Shown here: piece by piece, positions 43,768 through 55,273 of the stretch
Layout: each line of letters opens with the position of its first letter
Numbering within the stretch: the first letter of the stretch is position 1
Assembly: GCA_046725875.1 (NCBI GenBank)
Contig: JBKOZJ010000062.1
Location: 6,937 to 70,936, forward strand
Length of the DNA stretch: 64,000 bases
From: Actinomycetota bacterium
GTDB taxonomy: Bacteria; Actinomycetota; Actinomycetes; JAKEEW01
Reading direction: 5' to 3'
The notes under the pieces: generated by a model
What the model saw: only the letters and a program-made list of their open reading frames with translations
Databases searched by the model: none
What the model was told of the DNA's origin: nothing
Translations under genes and position numbers: made by a program

Positions 43768-46341
43768 ATGTTGCTTCTCGAGCGCGAGTCCACGCTTGCC
43801 TCCCTGGACACCGCCCTCACGGCCGCTGCCGCCGGCCGCGGCAGCGTGGCGCTCGTCCACGGCGAGGCGGGAATCGGCAAAACCAGTGTCGTCAGGGGGT
43901 TCCTAGAGCAGCATTCGAATGAAGGCCGGGTTCTTTGGGGCATCTGCGACGATCTGTCCACTCCGCGGACCTTTGGGCCATTGCTCGATGTCGTCGACGA
44001 CGTGACCGATGAGCTGCGGGCCGCGCTCTCCGGAGAAGGCTTCTCCGACGGACTGTTCGGACTGGTGCTGGCCGAGCTCAAACGCTCGCCCACACCGGTC
44101 GTATTCGTGATCGAGGATCTCCATTGGGCGGACGAGGCAACGCTGGACCTCGTCATCTTCCTCTCCCGCCGGATCGAGTCGGTGCCCGCGCTGCTCGTGC
44201 TCACGTACCGTGCCGAGGAGATGGAGGTGAACGGCGCGCTGGTACGGGCGCTCGGGCGTATTCCACCCCTGATGGTGCGGCGGCTTGCGCTGGTGCCGCT
44301 CTCGGTCGATGCCGTCGCCGCGCTCGTGGGCAACTCGGCAAAAGAATTGCATAGCATCACCGGCGGCAACCCGTTCTATGTATCAGAGCTGCTTGCGGCC
44401 CCAGGGATTGTCCCGCGGTCGGTGACCGACACCGTGCTGGCCCGAGTCAGCGCGCTGCCGCCGATATCACGGCGGCTACTCGATCTCATCGCGCTCAGCC
44501 CGGGACGAGTCGAGACGTCGCTGCTCGACGTATGCGCTCCGGGCTGGCATATCGCCGCCGTCGAACCGGAGCGTCGGGGCATGCTGACAGTCGAGCGGCA
44601 TTCGGTGTCATTCCGGCACGAGATCGCGCGACAAGCCGTCGCATCGACTATTCCGGCGGCACATGCGGCACAACTGCATCGCACGCTGCTGTCCGCGTTG
44701 ATCAACGCACGCGCCGATCCGGCCCAGATCGCGCACCACGCGGCGGCTGCCGGCGACGCGGATGCACTGCTCAAGCACGGCATCGAGGCGGCAAGGTTGG
44801 CGCTGCGCGGCAGCTCCAACCGGGAGGCGGTCGCGCAGTTTCGGCGGGTTGCGCCGCTGGCCGACCGGCTCGAGCCGAGCGAACGGGCCGATCTGTACGA
44901 GGACTGGTCGACCGCAGCGGTCGCCGCGGGAGAGATCGAAGCCGCGGCCGATATCGCACAGCGCGTCGTCCCACTCCGGCGCGCAGTCGGCGACGTCGAG
45001 GGAACCGGTCGGGCCCTCAGCTACCTGTCCCGCGTGCAGTGGAGTCTTGGCCGCGGTGCAGAAGGCGACCGGCTGCTTAGCGAAGCACGTGCCGTGCTGT
45101 CGGAACGGCCGCCGGGCAGCGCCCTCGCCCAGGTGCTGTCCCTACAGGCCATTAAAGCGATGATGACCTGGCGTCTGGCCGACGCCCGGCCGATCGCGAA
45201 GGAGGCCGTGGAGCTCGCCGAACACCTCGGGGACGAGGGAGTGCTCGCGTACGCTCTCATGGTCGCCGGCACAACGAACCTCGTCCTCGGTATTGAGGAC
45301 ACGGCTACCGTCGAGCGGTCGATGGAGCTCTCCCGCGGGCGCGGCGACTACTCCCAGGTGTGCCTGGCGTACTGCAATCTGGCCGAAACCGCGATTGAGC
45401 ACCGCCAGCTTGCCCGCGCCGAGCACTACCTGGATGTCGGCGACGCGCTAGTCGAGGAGCACGAGGAGGTCAGCGTCGCCGGCTACCTGACCTCTCTCCG
45501 CAGCAGGCTGGAGTTCCTGCGCGGCAACTGGACTGACGCCGAGAGCCTGGCCAACTCCGTGCTGGACCAACCCGGTGGCAGCGTGGTCAACACGCTCAAC
45601 GCGCTGCACATGCTCGCCCGGCTGTACGCGCGGCGCGGCGACCGAGAGGCCGAGGTGATGGTTGGACGGTTCGCGGCCGCCGCGGAACCCACACACGAGC
45701 TACAGCGGATCGTCCCGGCCGCTGTCGCGCGGGCCGAATGGGCCGAGCTCCACGGCAACTTGGCCGCCGAGCGCCACCAGCTGCGGGCGCTCTACCGCGA
45801 AGTGACGGTGACCGGTGTGCCGTGGGCGATCGGCGAGGTTGCACTGTGGCTGTCCCGTGCAGGTGGCCTTGAGGCAGTGCCGCCCGGCGCGAGCGAGGCT
45901 TTCCGGTACGAGCTGGAGGGCAGGAGGGAGCGGGCCGCTCAGGCGTGGGCGGAGGCCGGTTGCGTATACGAGCAGGCGGACGCGCTAGCGCACAGCAACG
46001 ACCCCGAGGGGTTGCTCGCCGCGCTTCCCCTCGTTGACGCTCTCGGCGCCAGCGCGGCGAGCAACCGGGTCCGCGGGCTCCTGCGGCGGGCGGGACTGCG
46101 GCCTCCGCGGGCACCTCGGCGCACCACTCGCGAGCATCCGGCAGGGCTGACCGAACGCCAGGCCGAGGTGCTCGCGCTTCTGGCCGAAGGTCTGACGAAT
46201 GCCGAGATCGCGGACCGTCTCATCGTGTCCGTGCGCACGGTCGATCATCACGTCGCCGCGATCCTGGCCCGCTTGGGCGTGGAGAGCCGGCGCCAGGCTG
46301 TCGAAATCACCCGGAAGTTCGGGCTCGCTGCCCGGGCGTGA
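43768..46341 (+). CDS. large AAA-ATPase LuxR-family regulator (LAL/MalT-like)
   Basis: The start is ATG 43768. Walker A is HGEAGIGKTS and Walker B is VFVIEDLHWAD. A long helical-repeat middle section follows. The C-terminal LuxR HTH is LTERQAEVLALLAEGLTNAEIADRLIVSVRTVDHHV. Confidence 0.88.
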   Translation: MLLLERESTLASLDTALTAAAAGRGSVALVHGEAGIGKTSVVRGFLEQHSNEGRVLWGICDDLSTPRTFGPLLDVVDDVTDELRAALSGEGFSDGLFGLVLAELKRSPTPVVFVIEDLHWADEATLDLVIFLSRRIESVPALLVLTYRAEEMEVNGALVRALGRIPPLMVRRLALVPLSVDAVAALVGNSAKELHSITGGNPFYVSELLAAPGIVPRSVTDTVLARVSALPPISRRLLDLIALSPGRVETSLLDVCAPGWHIAAVEPERRGMLTVERHSVSFRHEIARQAVASTIPAAHAAQLHRTLLSALINARADPAQIAHHAAAAGDADALLKHGIEAARLALRGSSNREAVAQFRRVAPLADRLEPSERADLYEDWSTAAVAAGEIEAAADIAQRVVPLRRAVGDVEGTGRALSYLSRVQWSLGRGAEGDRLLSEARAVLSERPPGSALAQVLSLQAIKAMMTWRLADARPIAKEAVELAEHLGDEGVLAYALMVAGTTNLVLGIEDTATVERSMELSRGRGDYSQVCLAYCNLAETAIEHRQLARAEHYLDVGDALVEEHEEVSVAGYLTSLRSRLEFLRGNWTDAESLANSVLDQPGGSVVNTLNALHMLARLYARRGDREAEVMVGRFAAAAEPTHELQRIVPAAVARAEWAELHGNLAAERHQLRALYREVTVTGVPWAIGEVALWLSRAGGLEAVPPGASEAFRYELEGRRERAAQAWAEAGCVYEQADALAHSNDPEGLLAALPLVDALGASAASNRVRGLLRRAGLRPPRAPRRTTREHPAGLTERQAEVLALLAEGLTNAEIADRLIVSVRTVDHHVAAILARLGVESRRQAVEITRKFGLAARA

Positions 46342-46694
46342 TCGCGTCCATCGGCGAGATGCACCCGACGACGTAGACCGCGTCGTCGCCGACCCCGTCG
46401 ATCAGGTTCGACATCCACCGGGAGGTCCAACACGGCCCGAGGAAGGACGGCCATGGCCTCCCCCGTGGAGCCACGGCCGTCCTTCCCCGGGTCGCCGCCC
46501 GCATCGAGCACCGGCGCGATGATCGGCGAGTAGCCCCGCGTGCAGAGGCACAGGCTGAGGGCGGAGCCGGCATATCCGGCCCCCGCGATCAGCGGGCGTG
46601 TGCAAGTAGTCACTGGTCTCACCGCGTCCGCGGTTCTGTCAGGTGTGACTTTTGGGGCGGGACCCGTCGGCCCACCGGGTGGCTCGACCTCACG

Positions 46695-47267
46695 TCACTC
46701 GACCGTTGTGGTGATCGACACGGGTAGGCCGTTGGTGACAACGTCGTACACCGCCGACCGCTGGCGGGAGCGCTCGACGAGCCTGCGCAGCGTCTCGTCG
46801 TCCGCGTCGCCCTTGATCCGAAAGTTGACCTGGATCTGCTGGTAGCCATTGCGGACGGTGTCGGAAAGACCGAGGATGCCCTGGAGGTCGATGTCGCCCT
46901 CGACGGTCGACTCAACCTCGGTCAGGTTGATGCCGCGGGCGGCTGCAATGTTGATCAGACCCGCGGTCAAGCACGCTGCTAGTGCGAGCAGCACGAACTC
47001 CACCGGTGTTGGCCCGTTGTCGTTGCCGACCAGGACCGCCGGGTGATCCGCGTCGAACGTGAACTCCTGGCCGTGCATGAGCTCCTGCCCGGCACCGTAG
47101 AAGCTATGGATGCGGCCCTGACTATGAGCACCGGAGACCCAGTGGTTGCTGGCGCGGAACTGAAACTGTCCAAGCTCCGGGACCGTCCGCACCGCGTCGC
47201 GCGTCGCGAACAGCGTCTCGGTGTCGACGCCATTCGGGGTGAACGTGTTCGCGATCACCTCGGTCAT
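46695..47267 (-). CDS. OsmC family protein
   Basis: PTPVEFVLLALAACLTAG and the C-terminal SAVYDVV pattern are present. Length is 190 aa. Confidence 0.85.
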   Translation of the reverse strand: MTEVIANTFTPNGVDTETLFATRDAVRTVPELGQFQFRASNHWVSGAHSQGRIHSFYGAGQELMHGQEFTFDADHPAVLVGNDNGPTPVEFVLLALAACLTAGLINIAAARGINLTEVESTVEGDIDLQGILGLSDTVRNGYQQIQVNFRIKGDADDETLRRLVERSRQRSAVYDVVTNGLPVSITTTVE

Positions 47268-47667
47268 CGGAGGATCTCCTTCGGCTGTCGTCGGTTCCAG
47301 GTGCCTTGACCGTGCCAGCCTGCGTGCCCGGGCCTCATCGGCAACGGCTACCTATTCGGCCCACTGTGGTTGCCTACGTTTGGGCGCCGACGCGGGCCAA
47401 AGGTCCGCACGCCGATGGCTAAAGGAGCGGATGTGAGCGGTGCACGGCCGGACCGGCCCGAGACCCAAGAGCTGCACGTGACCCTGTCCGGGCCTTAGCC
47501 GGGCGCGGTTTGGAGGATCTGCAGCCAAGCCGCTCGGTCGGCCGGTCAGCTGCCGCCTCGGCACGTCCGTGTCAGCACGCAGTCAGGTGTCGTGGTAGCG
47601 CCGACGCGGGCCTGGCCGGGGGGAGGCGACGCTCGAAGGACTATCCCTCTCGCTGCGAGGAGTCGTC

Positions 47668-48402
47668 ATGACTGCACTTACCCACGTGGACCAGCCCGAC
47701 CCGTTCGTCCGTACCGCGCGGATTCGGCTGGTCGGCCTTGCCGCCGCCATGATCGTGGCTCCCTGGCTCCTGGTTGCCGCTGAGACGGCGCACTCCGTCA
47801 TGACCTTGCACGGCGACGACCTCGAGGCCAGTGGGGATCTCGCCCTGGCGCGCGAGCACCTGACGCTCGACCGCTGGGCGAGCCTGGCTGCGTTGCTGGG
47901 GGCGCTGCTGCTGGTGCCCGCGGTGCTTGGGATCATGCGCCTGGTCCGCACCGGTGCTGCCTGGCTGGGGCTGGTCGGCGGTGTGCTCACGGCCGCGGCG
48001 TACATCTGCTACTTCGCGATGGTTTTCCAGGGCTTTACGACCGACGCGATGGTGGGCGTTGGCGGGTCGATGAGCCAGCACGAGAAGGTGCTTCAGGCGG
48101 TGCTCGACGAACCGCTCACGCTCTGGGTGTACCTCCTGTTCGTCCTGGGCAACGTGGTTGGGATGTTCCTCCTCGGGCTTGCGCTGGTCCGGGCTCGCAC
48201 CGTCGCGCGGATCGCCGGCTACGGGCTGATGGCCTGGTCGGTTCTGCACCTGTTGGACTTCCCGTTCGCCGAGACGCTTGGGGCGACCGCGCAGGCCGTC
48301 GGCTTCGCCCTCGCGGCGGGCGCGCTCCTTCGGGCTGGCCCCCTTCCTCAGTCGGCGGCGACCGATGCCTCGCGGCGGGCCTACGAGTTGTTGCGCAGGT
48401 AG
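47668..48402 (+). CDS. hypothetical integral membrane protein
   Basis: There are at least 5 hydrophobic segments, and the RBS GAGGAG lies upstream. I am not confident of any family. Confidence 0.6.
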   Translation: MTALTHVDQPDPFVRTARIRLVGLAAAMIVAPWLLVAAETAHSVMTLHGDDLEASGDLALAREHLTLDRWASLAALLGALLLVPAVLGIMRLVRTGAAWLGLVGGVLTAAAYICYFAMVFQGFTTDAMVGVGGSMSQHEKVLQAVLDEPLTLWVYLLFVLGNVVGMFLLGLALVRARTVARIAGYGLMAWSVLHLLDFPFAETLGATAQAVGFALAAGALLRAGPLPQSAATDASRRAYELLRR

Positions 48403-49025
48403 GTCAGCACCGCCAGCACGCGTCGGTGGTCGTCCCGGGAGTCGTAGAGCCCGAGCTTGACGAAGATGTGCCTGACATGGGTCTCCACGGTGCGCTCGGT
48501 GGTGAACAGCCGCCGGGCCACCGCGGCGTTTGACCGTCCCTCGGCGACAAGGGCGAGCACCTCTCGCTCGCGTTCGGTCAGCTGGGCGAACGCGGGCTCA
48601 GGTCGCGTCGGCGCGAGCAGCGACGCGACCACCTCGGGATCCAGCGCCGACCCACCCCCAGCCACCCGGCGCAACGCGTCAAGGAAGTCGTCCAGGTCGA
48701 GGATGCGGTCCTTCAGCAGGTACCCGAAGGCGCCGGTGGTGACCAGCTCGGTCGACTGGGTCGTCTCGACGTGCTGAGACAACAGCACCACCGGAAGCCC
48801 GGGGAGCTTCTCCCTGAGCTCTCGTACCGCTCGGGCGCCGTCGTCGGTCATCGTCGGGGGCATCCGGATGTCGGTGATCAGAAGGTCTGGATCGTGATCG
48901 AGCACCGCGGCCACCACGCTGGGAGCGTCCGCGACCCGTGCCACGACCTCGTGCCCCGCCTGCGCGAGCAGCAGCGCGAGACCCTCGCGGACGACGACCG
49001 AATCCTCCCCGATCACGATCCGCAC
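48381..49025 (-). CDS. NarL/LuxR-family response regulator
   Basis: The REC domain has IVIGEDS...[10 protein letters not shown]...LLSQ...YLLKD. The LuxR HTH is [36 protein letters not shown]. Confidence 0.92.
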   Translation of the reverse strand: MRIVIGEDSVVVREGLALLLAQAGHEVVARVADAPSVVAAVLDHDPDLLITDIRMPPTMTDDGARAVRELREKLPGLPVVLLSQHVETTQSTELVTTGAFGYLLKDRILDLDDFLDALRRVAGGGSALDPEVVASLLAPTRPEPAFAQLTEREREVLALVAEGRSNAAVARRLFTTERTVETHVRHIFVKLGLYDSRDDHRRVLAVLTYLRNNS

Positions 49026-50890
49026 GGCAGTCGTGCCTCCACCCGGGTACCTGTGCCGAGGCCGCTGTCCACGACGAGCCTGCCCCCCGTCGCGAGGACG
49101 CGATCACGAAGACCCGCCAGTCCCGACCCCGACCTGACCGTCGCGCCACCCAGGCCGTCGTCCGCGACCACCACCCGCAGCTGCCCGTCCTCACGGGCCA
49201 TCTCGATGACGATCGAGTGCGGCTCGGCGTGCTTGAGCGCGTTGGCGAGGGCCTCGGCCGCGACGTAATACGCCGTGGTGGCCACCGCGTCGGGGACCGT
49301 CTGCGCGGTCACCCTGACCTCGACCGGGACAGGGCTGGCGCGGACCAGCTCCCGAACCGCAGCGGGCAGACCCTCGTCGAGCCCCCTCGGGCGGACCCCA
49401 CCGGCCAGCCGGCGCAGGTCTGCGACGGCCTCCTGCAGATCCTGCACTGCCCGGCTGATCGCCTCCTGCAGGGGGTTGGCCGGGTCGGCCCACTGCTGGG
49501 CGAGCCGCATGGACATCCCGATCGCCACCAGCCGCTGCTGGGCGCCGTCGTGAAGGTCACGCTCGAGTCGACGACGCTCCGCATCTGTCACCTCGACCAG
49601 GCGCGCCCGCGAGGCCCGGGTCTCGGCCAGGGCGGAGCGGAGTTCGATCCGCGAGTGCGCGAGCTCCAGCGGCAGATGAGCAGCCCGCAACGTCTCCCGA
49701 AGGAGCCGAGGTCGTCGGGCCGCCGCGTCGTACGCGATGCAGCCGAGCAACCGGCCGCCCACCGCGACGTCCAGCGCGGCCCCCCGGGGACGCGCCGTCG
49801 GCTCGCCGCCGCCGGTGCGCCACGGCGCCTCCGGGTCGTTCGACAACCAATACACGACCGAGAGATCCGGGTCGTGGAGCGCCAGACGCAGCGTCGACTC
49901 GATGTCCTCCGGCTCGACCCGACCCTCGCGGACGGCGTCGACAAACCGGTTGATGCGCGTGAGCGAATCGCGCCAGCCCCGGTCGAACCGCGCATCGACG
50001 GCGACTTGCACCCGTCGCCTCAGGAGACCGAACGCCACCGCGCAGGACAGGGTCGCAGCCGCGACCGCGAGGTCCGACCCGCCTCCCACCAGCACACCGA
50101 CGCCCACCGTCACCCCCGCATAGAGCGCGACTAGTCCTCCGCTCAACACGGTATAGGCGACGCCTCGACTGACGAGGCTGTCGATGTCGTACAGGTCGTG
50201 GCGAAGCACCGCGATAGCAACGCTGACCGGGACGCTGACGTACACCAAAAGCAGCCCCACCACCACGACGACATCCGCGACGTCGCTGAAGAGGTAGGCG
50301 ACCCAGCTGGCGACCAGCACCAGAGGCAACAGCAGGACACTCAGCGCGAACCATTTGATCTGACGACGTACGACGACACCTCCCCGTCGGTAACGCACGG
50401 TCACGCGCGCCACCGATCCGACCAGGAGCGCGAGGAGCAGGACGAGGGAGCCGCCGCCGAGCACGCCGTCGAGCCAGCGCGGCACCTCCACCGGCGGGGC
50501 ACCGGGAATCCTCCCCGGCCCGCCGCCGTAGCTGCCCGGGTCAAGGGCGACGGCAACGTGGAACAGCACAAGGAAGACGCCCCAGCCGACCGGAAGGAAC
50601 CACCACCCCTGCCCCAGCCGGCCATCGGGGAACCAGCCGGCCAGGAGGGCCGGCGGGAGGTAGAGCCACACCCAGCCCGCGACGGAGAGGACCGCGAAAA
50701 CCAGGGCGAAACCCTGCGGAGGCGAACCTCCCGACACCTCCGGGTCGGGCAGGAGCAGCACCAGCGGCAGCAGGCCGAGGGCCACGAGCAGCGCACCGAC
50801 CACTCGTTGCCTGCGCAGCAGGAGCAGCAACCCCAAGACGACCCCCGGGGCCGCGCAGACGCACGCGGCGGCGATCTGCCAGCCGGTCAT
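49013..50890 (-). CDS. sensor histidine kinase (HisKA_3 + HATPase), polytopic N-terminus
   Basis: The H-box is [16 protein letters not shown], the N-box is [13 protein letters not shown], and the G-boxes are DDGLGGA and [10 protein letters not shown] chose ATG 50890 as the start. Confidence 0.88.
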   Translation of the reverse strand: MTGWQIAAACVCAAPGVVLGLLLLLRRQRVVGALLVALGLLPLVLLLPDPEVSGGSPPQGFALVFAVLSVAGWVWLYLPPALLAGWFPDGRLGQGWWFLPVGWGVFLVLFHVAVALDPGSYGGGPGRIPGAPPVEVPRWLDGVLGGGSLVLLLALLVGSVARVTVRYRRGGVVVRRQIKWFALSVLLLPLVLVASWVAYLFSDVADVVVVVGLLLVYVSVPVSVAIAVLRHDLYDIDSLVSRGVAYTVLSGGLVALYAGVTVGVGVLVGGGSDLAVAAATLSCAVAFGLLRRRVQVAVDARFDRGWRDSLTRINRFVDAVREGRVEPEDIESTLRLALHDPDLSVVYWLSNDPEAPWRTGGGEPTARPRGAALDVAVGGRLLGCIAYDAAARRPRLLRETLRAAHLPLELAHSRIELRSALAETRASRARLVEVTDAERRRLERDLHDGAQQRLVAIGMSMRLAQQWADPANPLQEAISRAVQDLQEAVADLRRLAGGVRPRGLDEGLPAAVRELVRASPVPVEVRVTAQTVPDAVATTAYYVAAEALANALKHAEPHSIVIEMAREDGQLRVVVADDGLGGATVRSGSGLAGLRDRVLATGGRLVVDSGLGTGTRVEARLPCGS

Positions 50891-51235
50891 CGCCACCCGT
50901 CCACGCCGATTGCTCCAGGACTCGAGCCGAGGGCCGATCCGGCCCACCCCGATGTCGTCAGGTTCCCGGTCCCATCATCCGGCGCGAGACCTCCGAAGTC
51001 ATGCGTGCTGACACGCAGAACGATGCGGCCTCCCATGCTGAAACGATCGTCACGCGGCTAGTCCCAGTGGCTTGACGTCTCAAGGAGCCCGACCGGTTCG
51101 CCGAATGACCGCCCCATTCCCGGACCGGCATCGCGCGCAGTCGACCGGGCAGACTGGTCGCACGTGTCCAGCACGTCCCCCGTGATTGTTCTCCTGGGCG
51201 GTCCGCCCTTGCGGACCGGCCAATTGTGCGGCGGA

Positions 51236-51877
51236 TCACCGTTCGGACGGTCGCACCAAGCCACGTTCCACGGCCAGGGCTACCGCCGCCGCCCGGTCGT
51301 TGACGCCGAGCTTCGCGTAGATGTGCAGCAGGTGGGTTTTGACGGTCGCCTCACTCACGAACAACGCCGCTGCGGCGTCGCGATTGCTGGTACCACGTGC
51401 GACCAGACGCAAGACCTCGATCTCGCGCGGAGTGAGCGGCTCCTGCGCGGGTGCGCGTACCCGAGACATGAGGACGTCGGCGACGGCGGGTGCGAGGACC
51501 GCTTCACCACGCGCCGCAGCCCGGACGGCACGGAGCAGCTCGTCGCGTGGGGCATCCTTGAGGAGGTAGCCCGTGGCGCCGGCCTCGATCGCGGGCAGCA
51601 CGTCCGCGTCGGTGTCGTAGGTCGTGACGACGAGGACCCGGGCAGCCAAGCCTGCGGCGCGCAGCCTCTGGATCGTGCCAACCCCATCGAGCACCGGCAT
51701 CCGCAGGTCGAGCAGGACGACATCGGGATTGGTCTGCTCGGCGACCGCGACCGCCGCCGCGCCGTCGGCTGCTTCGCCGACCACGGCGATGTCACCGGCT
51801 CCCGCGAACATGCCGCGCAGCCCGTCCCGCACCACGGGATGGTCGTCGGCAATCACGAGTCGGATGGGCGCAGTCAT
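51236..51877 (-). CDS. NarL/LuxR-family response regulator
   Basis: It has RLVIADDHPVVRDGL...VVLLDLRMP...YLLKD and LTPREIEVLRLVARGTSNRDAAAALFVSEATVKTHL. Confidence 0.92.
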   Translation of the reverse strand: MTAPIRLVIADDHPVVRDGLRGMFAGAGDIAVVGEAADGAAAVAVAEQTNPDVVLLDLRMPVLDGVGTIQRLRAAGLAARVLVVTTYDTDADVLPAIEAGATGYLLKDAPRDELLRAVRAAARGEAVLAPAVADVLMSRVRAPAQEPLTPREIEVLRLVARGTSNRDAAAALFVSEATVKTHLLHIYAKLGVNDRAAAVALAVERGLVRPSER

Positions 51878-53217
51878 CGGGTCGCCTGAGAGGGGGTCCG
51901 CGGCACGCTGGCGCAGATCGCCGTTCCTTGGCCGGGCGAGGTTTCGATGATAAGAGTGCCACCCAGACCGCTGATCCGCTCCCGCATCGCGATGAGTCCA
52001 AAGGAACCTGCCCGGGGCGTGTCATCGCGCGCCCGAGGCCCGAGCGCCGGGCCGGCCGCGGGCGCAAAACTGAGTGCACCGTTCGAGGCGTCCGCGATCA
52101 GGCTCGGATCGAAGCCCACGCCATCGTCACGGACGTCGAGCGACACCACCTCCCCCATATACGACAGCGTCATCCCCACGCGGTGGGCGCCGGCATGCTT
52201 CGAGACGTTCGCAAGAGCCTCTTGCGCCGCCCGCACCAAGGTGACCTCCACCTCCGGATGCAGCGGCCCGGGTGAGCCGGTGGTCACCACCGATGCTTCG
52301 ATACCACTGGTCGACGACCAGGCTGCGGCCACGTTGGTGAGTGCCTCCGGCAGATGGGAGGACTCCAGGACCGCCGGTCGCAGCGCTTCCACGGATCGCC
52401 GGGCCTCGGCGAGGCTCTCCCGCGCGAGGCGCCTGGCGACATCGACATGGCGGCGAGCCTCGTCTGGACGGACGTCTGGCATCGAGCTGCCAACCGCGTC
52501 ATCTGCTCGCTGCTGCCCGTCCAGCGCGTTCTCGGCGGCCTCGAGCTGGGTCACGATTCCGGTCAGGCCCTGGGCAAGCGTGTCGTGGATCTCCCGGGCA
52601 AGGCGCTGGCGTTCGTCCAGCACTCCCGCCTCCCGGGCCCGGGCCAGCAGCTCGGCCTGTAGCTCGGCGTTCGCGGCTGCGCTCGCCTCGAGCTCGTTGC
52701 GTGCCTGCTCCAGCTCGCTGATCGTCTGCCGGCGCTGCTCTCCTTGGTCGTAGAGGTAACGAATGAACAGCCCGATCATGCTGGTGAGTGCGACATTGAG
52801 GACGAACGATCCGATACTGCCGGGCAGCTTGGCCGAGTCGGTCAGCTGCCCGGCGCCGGCAAGTACGGCGAGCGCCCCGACCGCCACTGCGGGCACCGTG
52901 AGCGCGGTTGGCAGGAGCATGAAGGGCTGGATGTAGAGAACGAACGAGAAGATGAAGTACGCCTGGTCGCGGGCCACGAGCACCGCGGTGGCGAGGATCA
53001 GCCCGGCGAAATAGACCAGCATCTGCGGGATGCGCTCGACCCATTCCGGGTGCGCAATGACCCACCACCAATACCATCCGGCGACCAGCCCGGCGATCGC
53101 GAGCGTCACCAGCCGGGATGTCAGCGGCTCCGGCCCGTCGGCGACGGCGATCACGGTCGCGACCGCGAGCAGGACGTAGAGCAACCCGTCCCAGAGCCGA
53201 CCCCATCGGTTATCCAT
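51874..53217 (-). CDS. sensor histidine kinase (HisKA_3 + HATPase)
   Basis: The H-box is RQRLAREIHDTLAQGL, the N-box is AQEALANVSKHA, and there is a C-terminal GxG region. The stop overlaps the RR start by 4 nt. Confidence 0.88.
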   Translation of the reverse strand: MDNRWGRLWDGLLYVLLAVATVIAVADGPEPLTSRLVTLAIAGLVAGWYWWWVIAHPEWVERIPQMLVYFAGLILATAVLVARDQAYFIFSFVLYIQPFMLLPTALTVPAVAVGALAVLAGAGQLTDSAKLPGSIGSFVLNVALTSMIGLFIRYLYDQGEQRRQTISELEQARNELEASAAANAELQAELLARAREAGVLDERQRLAREIHDTLAQGLTGIVTQLEAAENALDGQQRADDAVGSSMPDVRPDEARRHVDVARRLARESLAEARRSVEALRPAVLESSHLPEALTNVAAAWSSTSGIEASVVTTGSPGPLHPEVEVTLVRAAQEALANVSKHAGAHRVGMTLSYMGEVVSLDVRDDGVGFDPSLIADASNGALSFAPAAGPALGPRARDDTPRAGSFGLIAMRERISGLGGTLIIETSPGQGTAICASVPRTPSQATR

Positions 53218-53226
53218 CTGCTCGCA

Positions 53227-53964
53227 TCACTCCCACCGGAACAGCCGCAGCGCCACCCCGCCCGCGACCACGATTATCGCTGCGAACAGGGCAAACGTCA
53301 GTCCTGACGGTGTCTCGCCGGACCACGCGCCGCGCAGGGACCGCACCACGGGACTCAGCGGGAGGAAGTCGCCGATCCTCCCCAACGACTCTGGCATCTC
53401 TTCCCTCGGCTGCATCGTCCCGGACAAGAACAGCAACGGGAAGAAGATGGCGAAGCCGGCCGCGCTCGCAAACCGCGCCGTCGGCGCGATCGCCGCCAGC
53501 AAGAAGCCCAGCGCGAAAAGCGCTAGCCCGCCGAGCAGGAAGACGCCAAGGGCGGCCATGGGCGCCTCCGGCGGATTCAGGTCGTACGCGACTATGCCGA
53601 CGACCGCCAGACCGAGCAAAGCCGCGGAACCAACCAGGAGGTTGACGAGGAACTGCGCGATCAGCACGAAGCCGGCCGGCAACGGCGTCGCGGCCAGCCG
53701 CCGGAGGATTCGCCGTTCGCGGTAACCGGCAAGGAAGGAGGGCAGGCAGGTGAAGGCGAGAATCGCCAGGACCACCACGGTGAGCATCGGCACCACCACG
53801 TCCATCAGGCCGTGGCCGCCGAGCTCATCGACCGGCTTGTTGTCTCGGCCGGTTCCATTGAGGATCAGCAACAGCAACGGGAAGGCGAGCGTGAAGAAGG
53901 CCGCCCCCGGGTCGCGCAGGAAGAGCTTCAGCTCGCTGATCGTCAGCTTGGTGAGCGCGTACAT
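53227..53964 (-). CDS. ABC-2 type transporter permease
   Basis: This 245-aa protein has 6 TM segments and lies directly downstream of the ABC ATPase gene. Confidence 0.85.
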   Translation of the reverse strand: MYALTKLTISELKLFLRDPGAAFFTLAFPLLLLILNGTGRDNKPVDELGGHGLMDVVVPMLTVVVLAILAFTCLPSFLAGYRERRILRRLAATPLPAGFVLIAQFLVNLLVGSAALLGLAVVGIVAYDLNPPEAPMAALGVFLLGGLALFALGFLLAAIAPTARFASAAGFAIFFPLLFLSGTMQPREEMPESLGRIGDFLPLSPVVRSLRGAWSGETPSGLTFALFAAIIVVAGGVALRLFRWE

Positions 53965-54005
53965 AAGGGACTCCCGGTTCTTCGTCGTGTTCGATCCGGT
54001 TGGGG

Positions 54006-54746
54006 TCAGGTGGCGGGATCACGGCCGGTCAGCGCCAGGAAGACATCCTCGAGACTCGTCTGGTGTGCGCTCGGCCCGATGCCGGCCCGGCCGACGAGCG
54101 CGGCCGGCCGAGCGAGCGCGACGAGGCGGCCGTGATCGACAACGGCCACTCGGTCAGAGAGCTGTTCGGCCTCATCCATGGAGTGCGTGACGAGCACCAC
54201 CGTGGCCCCCTTCGCCCGGATGGTCCGGATGATCTCCCAGGTCGCGCGGCGTGCCCGGGGATCAAGACCGGTGGTCAGCTCATCGAGGAAAACGAGCTCC
54301 GGCCTCCCGACAAAGGCGAGGGCGACCAGGAGGCGCTGCTTCAACCCGCCGGATAGGTCGGCGAACGCGGTGTTCCGCTTGTCCGCCAGACCCCACTCGG
54401 CGAGCAGCTCACGCCAGTCTGCGCGGTTTCGGTAGAAGGAGGCGTAGAGATCGAGCGCCTCCCGGACTCGGATCCGGTCGGGCAGCGCGGCGTCCTGCAG
54501 CTGAATGCCTATCCGCTGCGCCAGCTCGCGCCGTTCGCGGGCCGGATCGTGGCCGAGGACGCGAACCGTCCCGGCGTCCGGCCGCCGCAGCCCGGCAAGC
54601 ATTTCGACGATGCTGGTCTTACCGGCACCATTCGGCCCTACCAAACTGAAGATCTCGCCCTGGCACACGGTGAACGACACGCCATCGACCGCGACCGTGT
54701 CGTCGTACGCCTTCCGCAGGCCGTCCACCTCGATGATCGCCATCAC
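54006..54746 (-). CDS. ABC transporter ATP-binding protein
   Basis: Walker A is GPNGAGKTS, the signature is LSGGLKQRL, and Walker B is LVFLDELTTGLD. Confidence 0.92.
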   Translation of the reverse strand: MMAIIEVDGLRKAYDDTVAVDGVSFTVCQGEIFSLVGPNGAGKTSIVEMLAGLRRPDAGTVRVLGHDPARERRELAQRIGIQLQDAALPDRIRVREALDLYASFYRNRADWRELLAEWGLADKRNTAFADLSGGLKQRLLVALAFVGRPELVFLDELTTGLDPRARRATWEIIRTIRAKGATVVLVTHSMDEAEQLSDRVAVVDHGRLVALARPAALVGRAGIGPSAHQTSLEDVFLALTGRDPAT

Positions 54747-55273
54747 ACTGTGCCTCCTCGTCGCGCGATCGCACCTAGTGCGTCTGGTCTCCTGCTCCCA
54801 CTGCGAGGATTGCGCGGTGGCCGGCCACGCCGGATCGACCGCGCAGCCACACTTTCGATCAACCGCGGTACACGGTCAGCCTCGGCGTCGGCTGAGGGGC
54901 GGATCGGCCGGTTGGCTGATCCGCGCCGCGGTGTGTCCCGGACTACCCAGGATCTGACCACCGACCCGGCGTGCTCCCGGCCGGCCAGGCCCGCTCACGA
55001 TCTTGCTTCGGCGAGAAGCGCAACTCTCGACCTCGCCCGCTCGCCCACCAGGTCGAACGACCGGCCGTGGGCGCATGATGATCTCGTCATCGCGATCGAG
55101 TGAGCGCTATTGCATGCCGAGTGCGTTAGTGAGAATCTTGCTGCCAGGTCGCGATCATCGTCGGCCGGGGGCCCACAACGTTCCCGAATCACCCTGGATG
55201 GTGAGCGCCAAGCCTTCGGCTCCCGATCATGGGTCAGTCCCGGCCATGGGACAGCTCTCGAGGAGGATCTCAG

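Noticed and set aside
46342-46694. Minus-strand ORFs (46248-46622, 46307-46573, 46402-46605) that hint at a decayed hydrolase/peptidase gene (LIAGAGYAGS..., SNLIDGVGDDAVYVVG)
   Set aside because: The motifs are short, are split over different frames, and match no family I can name. The evidence is too weak for even a pseudogene call.
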